A DNA stretch of 64,000 nt from Stegostoma tigrinum (Eukaryota), in contig NC_081396.1 in assembly GCF_030684315.1 (NCBI RefSeq), forward strand, positions 124,001 to 188,000, written 5' to 3'. Position 1 is the first letter of the stretch. Each line of letters begins with the position of its first letter. Made by a program: the position numbers and the translations under genes. The notes under the pieces were generated by a model that was given only the letters and a program-made list of their open reading frames with translations, made no database searches and was not told the DNA's origin. Shown here piece by piece: positions 60,201 through 64,000 of the stretch.

Positions 60201-63200
60201 GGGGGGTGAGTGAGAGGGAGGGTGGGAGGGAGGAGGGTGAGAGGGAGGGTGGAGGGAGGTGGAGAGGGAGGGAGGGAGGAGGGGTGTGGGTGAGAGAAGG
60301 AGGAGGGGGTGTGAGAGAGGGAGGGAGGGTGGGGGTGTGAGAGAGAGTGGAGGGAGGGAGGGGGTGTGAGGGTGAGAGGAGGAGGGAGGGTGGGTGAGAG
60401 AGAGGGAGGGGGGGTGAGAGAGGGAGGAGGGGGTGAGAGAGAGGGAGGGAGGGGGGTGAGAGAGTGGAGGGAGGGGGGTGAGAGAGAGGGTGGGAGGGGG
60501 TGAGAGGGAGGAGGGGGGGTGAGGGAGGGAGGGGGTGAGAGAGGGAGGGAGGGGTGGTGAGTGGGGAGGGTGGGGTGTGAGTGAGGGAGGAGGGTGGGGG
60601 GTGAGGTGAGGGAGGGGGGGGGTGGTGAGGGAGGGAGGGGGGGGTGAGAGAGAGGGAGGGAGGGAGGGAGGGGGGGTGAGAGAGAGGGAGGGAGGGGGGG
60701 TGAGAGAGAGGAGGGGGGTGAGAGAGAGGAGGGAGGGGGGGTGAGAGTGAGGGAGGGAGGGGGTGAGAGAGAGGGAGGGAGGGGGGTGAGAGAGAGAGGG
60801 AGTGGTGGAGAGGGAGGGAGGGTGGTGAGAGAGGGNNNNNNNNNNNNNNNNNNNNNNNNNNNNNNNNNNNNNNNNNNNNNNNNNNNNNNNNNNNNNNNNN
60901 NNNNNNNNNNNNNNNNNNNNNNNNNNNNNNNNNNNNNNNNNNNNNNNNNNNNNNNNNNNNNNNNNNNNNNNNNNNNGGGAGGGGGGTGAGAGAGAGGAGG
61001 GAGGGAGGGGGGTGAGTGAGAGGGTGGGTGGGAGGGGGGGGGGTGAGAGGGGGGAGGAAGGGAGGGGGTNNNNNNNNNNNNNGGGGTGAGAGAGAGGGAG
61101 GGAGGGAGGGGGGGTGAGAGAGAGGGAGGGAGGGGGGTGAGAGGGAGGGAGGGGGGGTGAGAGAGAGGGAGGGAGGGGGGGTGAGAGAGAGGGAGGGAGG
61201 GAGGGAGGGGGGTGAGAGAGAGGGAGGGAGGGGGGTGAGAGAGAGGGAGGGAGGGAGGGGGTGTGAGTGAGAGAGGGAGGGAGGAGGGGGGTGAGAGAGA
61301 GGGAGGGAGGGGGGGTGAGAGAGAGGGAGGGAGGGAGGGAGGGGGGTGAGAGAGAGGGAGGGAGGGGGGTGAGAGAGAGGAGGGAGGGAGGGAGGGGGGT
61401 GAGAGAGAGNNNNNNNNNNNNNNNNNNNNNNNNNNNNNNNNNNNNNNNNNNNNNNNNNNNNNNNNNNNNNNNNNNNNNNNNNNNNNNNNNNNNNNNNNNN
61501 NNNNNNNNNNNNNNNNNNNNNNNNNNNNNNNNNNNNNNNNNNNNNNNNNNNNNNNNNNNNNNNNNNNNNNNNNNNNNNNNNNNNNNNNNNNNGGAGGGGG
61601 GTGAGAGAGAGGGAGGGAGGGAGGGAGGGGGGTGAGAGAGAGGGAGGGAGGGGGGTGAGAGAGAGGGAGGGAGGGAGGGGGGTGAGAGAGAGGGAGGGTG
61701 GGAGGGAGGAGGGTGAGAGGGAGGGTGGGAGGGAGGAGGGTGAGAGGGAGGGAGGGAGGGAGGGGGTGGGGTGAGAGAAGGAGGGAGGGGGTGTGAGAGA
61801 GGGAGGGAGGGAGGGGGTGTGAGTGAGAGAGGGAGGGAGGGAGGGGGTGTGAGTGAGAGAAGGAGGGAGGGTGGGGGGTGAGAGAGAGGGAGGGGGGGTG
61901 AGAGAGAGGGAGGGAGGGGGGTGAGAGAGAGGGAGGGAGGGGGGTGAGAGAGAGGGAGGGAGGGGGGGTGAGAGAGAGGGAGGGAGGGGGGTGAGAGGGA
62001 GGGAGGGGGGTGAGAGGGAGGGAGGGGGGTGAGAGAGAGGGAGGGAGGGGGGTGAGAGAGGGAGGGTGGAGGGGGGTGAGTGAGAGAGGGAGGGAGGGTG
62101 GGGGGTGAGAGAGAGGGAGGGAGGGGGGTGTGAGAGAGGGAGGGAGGGGGGTGAGAGAGAGGGAGGGAGGGAGGGAGGGGGGTGAGAGAGAGGGAGGGAG
62201 GGGGGGTGAGAGGGAGGGAGGGGGGTGTGAGAGAGGGAGGGAGGGGGGTGAGAGAGGGAGGGAGGGGGGTGAGAGAGGGAGGGTGGGGGGTGAGAGAGAG
62301 GGAGGGAGGGAGGGGGGTGAGAGAGGGGAGGGAGGGAGGGGGGTGAGAGAGAGGGAGGGAGGGAGGGAGGGGGGGTGAGAGGGAGGGAGGGAGGGGGGGT
62401 GAGAGGGAGGGAGGGAGGGAGGGGGGTGAGAGAGAGGGAGGGAGGGGAGGGAGGGGGGGTGAGAGGGAGGGAGGGAGGGGGGTGAGAGAGAGGGAGGGAG
62501 GGAGGGGGGTGAGTGAGAGGGAGGGTGGGAGGGAGGTGGGTGAGAGGGAGGGAGGGAGGGAGGGGGTGTGGGTGAGAGAAGGAGGGAGGGGGTGTGAGAG
62601 AGGGAGGGAGGGAGGGGGTGTGAGTGAGAGAGGGAGGGAGGGAGGGAGGGGGGTGAGAGAGAGGGAGGGAGGGGGGGTGAGAGAGAGGGAGGGAGGGAGG
62701 GGGGTGAGTGAGAGGGAGGGTGGGAGGGAGGTGGGTGAGAGGGAGGGAGGGAGGGAGGGGGTGTGGGTGAGAGAAGGAGGGAGGGGGTGTGAGAGAGGGA
62801 GGGAGGGAGGGGGTGTGAGTGAGAGAGGGAGGGAGGGAGGGGGGTGAGAGAGAGGGAGGGAGGGGGGTGAGAGAGAGGGAGGGAGGGAGGGAGGGGGGTG
62901 AGAGAGAGGGAGGGAGGGGGGTGAGAGAGAGGGAGGGAGGGGGGTGAGAGAGAGNNNNNNNNNNNNNNNNNNNNNNNNNNNNNNNNNNNNNNNNNNNNNN
63001 NNNNNNNNNNNNNNNNNNNNNNNNNNNNNNNNNNNNNNNNNNNNNNNNNNNNNNNNNNNNNNNNNNNNNNNNNNNNNNNNNNNNNNNNNNNNNNNNNNNN
63101 NNNNNNNNNNNNNNNNNNNNNNNNNNNNNNNNNNNNNNNNNNNNNNNNNNNNNNNNNGGGGGGGTGAGAGAGAGGGAGGGAGGGAGGGAGGGGGGTGTGA

Positions 63201-64000
63201 GAGAGAGGGAGGGAGGGGGGTGAGAGAGAGGGAGGGAGGGAGGGGGGGTGAGTGAGAGGGAGGGTGGGAGGGAGGAGGGTGAGAGGGAGGGAGGGAGGGA
63301 GGGGGTGTGGGTGAGAGAAGGAGGGAGGGGGTGGGAGGGGGTGTGAGTGAGAGAAGGAGGGAGGGTGGGAGGGGGTGTGAGTGAGGGAGGGTGGGAGGGG
63401 GTGTGAGTGAGAGAGGGTGGGAGGGGGTGTGAGTGAGAGAAGGAGGGAGGGTGGGAGGGGGTGTGAGTGAGAGAAGGAGGGAGGGTGGGAGGGGGTGTGT
63501 GTGAGAAGGAGGGAGGGAGGGGGTGTGAGTGAGAGAAGGAGGGAGGGAGGGGGTGTGAGTGAGAGAAGGAGGGAGGGAGGGGGGGTGTGAGTGAGAGAAG
63601 GAGGGAGGGAGGGGGTGTGAGTGAGAGAAGGAGGGAGGGAGGGGGTGTGAGTGAGAGAAGGAGGGAGGGAGGGGGTGTGAGTGAGAGAAGGAGGGAGGGA
63701 GGGGGTGTGAGTGAGAGAAGGAGGGAGGGAGGGGGTGTGAGTGAGAGAAGGAGGGAGGGAGGGGGTGTGAGTGAGAGAAGGAGGGAGGGAGGGGGTGTGA
63801 GAGAAGGAGGGAGGGAGGGGGTGTGAGAGAAGGAGGGAGGGAGGGGGTGTGAGAGAAGGAGGGAGGGAGGGGGGTGTGAGAGAAGGAGGGAGGGAGGGGG
63901 TGTGAGAGAAGGAGGGAGGGAGTGGGTGTGAGAGAAGGAGGGAGGGAGGGGGTGTGAGTGAGAGAAGGAGGGAGGGAGGGGGTGTGAGTGAAGGAGGGAG
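54100..64000. repeat. About 10 kb G/A-rich complex satellite with N gaps
   Basis: Built from GGGA, GTGT, GAGT modules; 22-bp, 27-bp, 23-bp and 30-bp unit blocks; almost no C on the plus strand; four N runs. Confidence 0.97.

Noticed and set aside
54414-63826. Gly/Glu/Arg-rich ORFs in the satellite
   Set aside because: Translations of simple repeats and N gaps

Overview
Vertebrate genomic DNA, most consistent with a shark (HE1/V-SINE, SacSINE1-like Deu-SINE remnants, shark-type CR1 and Penelope families; an orectolobiform such as Stegostoma is my recollection-based guess). The window holds a cluster of four GC-rich, KRAB-less C2H2 zinc-finger genes: three on the minus strand (12, 9 and 10 fingers) and one on the plus strand whose N-terminus and 8-finger array lie in different frames. 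The three minus-strand genes share a CpG-island promoter layout: CCAAT array, GTCACGTG E-box, short non-coding exon, splice donor, intronic NRF1 site. One promoter carries a 30-bp-phased CCAAT/E2F-like array. The rest is decayed CR1-clade LINEs, tRNA-SINEs, Penelope fragments with minimal hammerhead motifs, a degenerate Gypsy provirus, a solo LTR, several minisatellites and a terminal ~10 kb G/A-rich satellite with assembly gaps. Repeat boundaries are approximate and family names come from motif recognition, not database searches.
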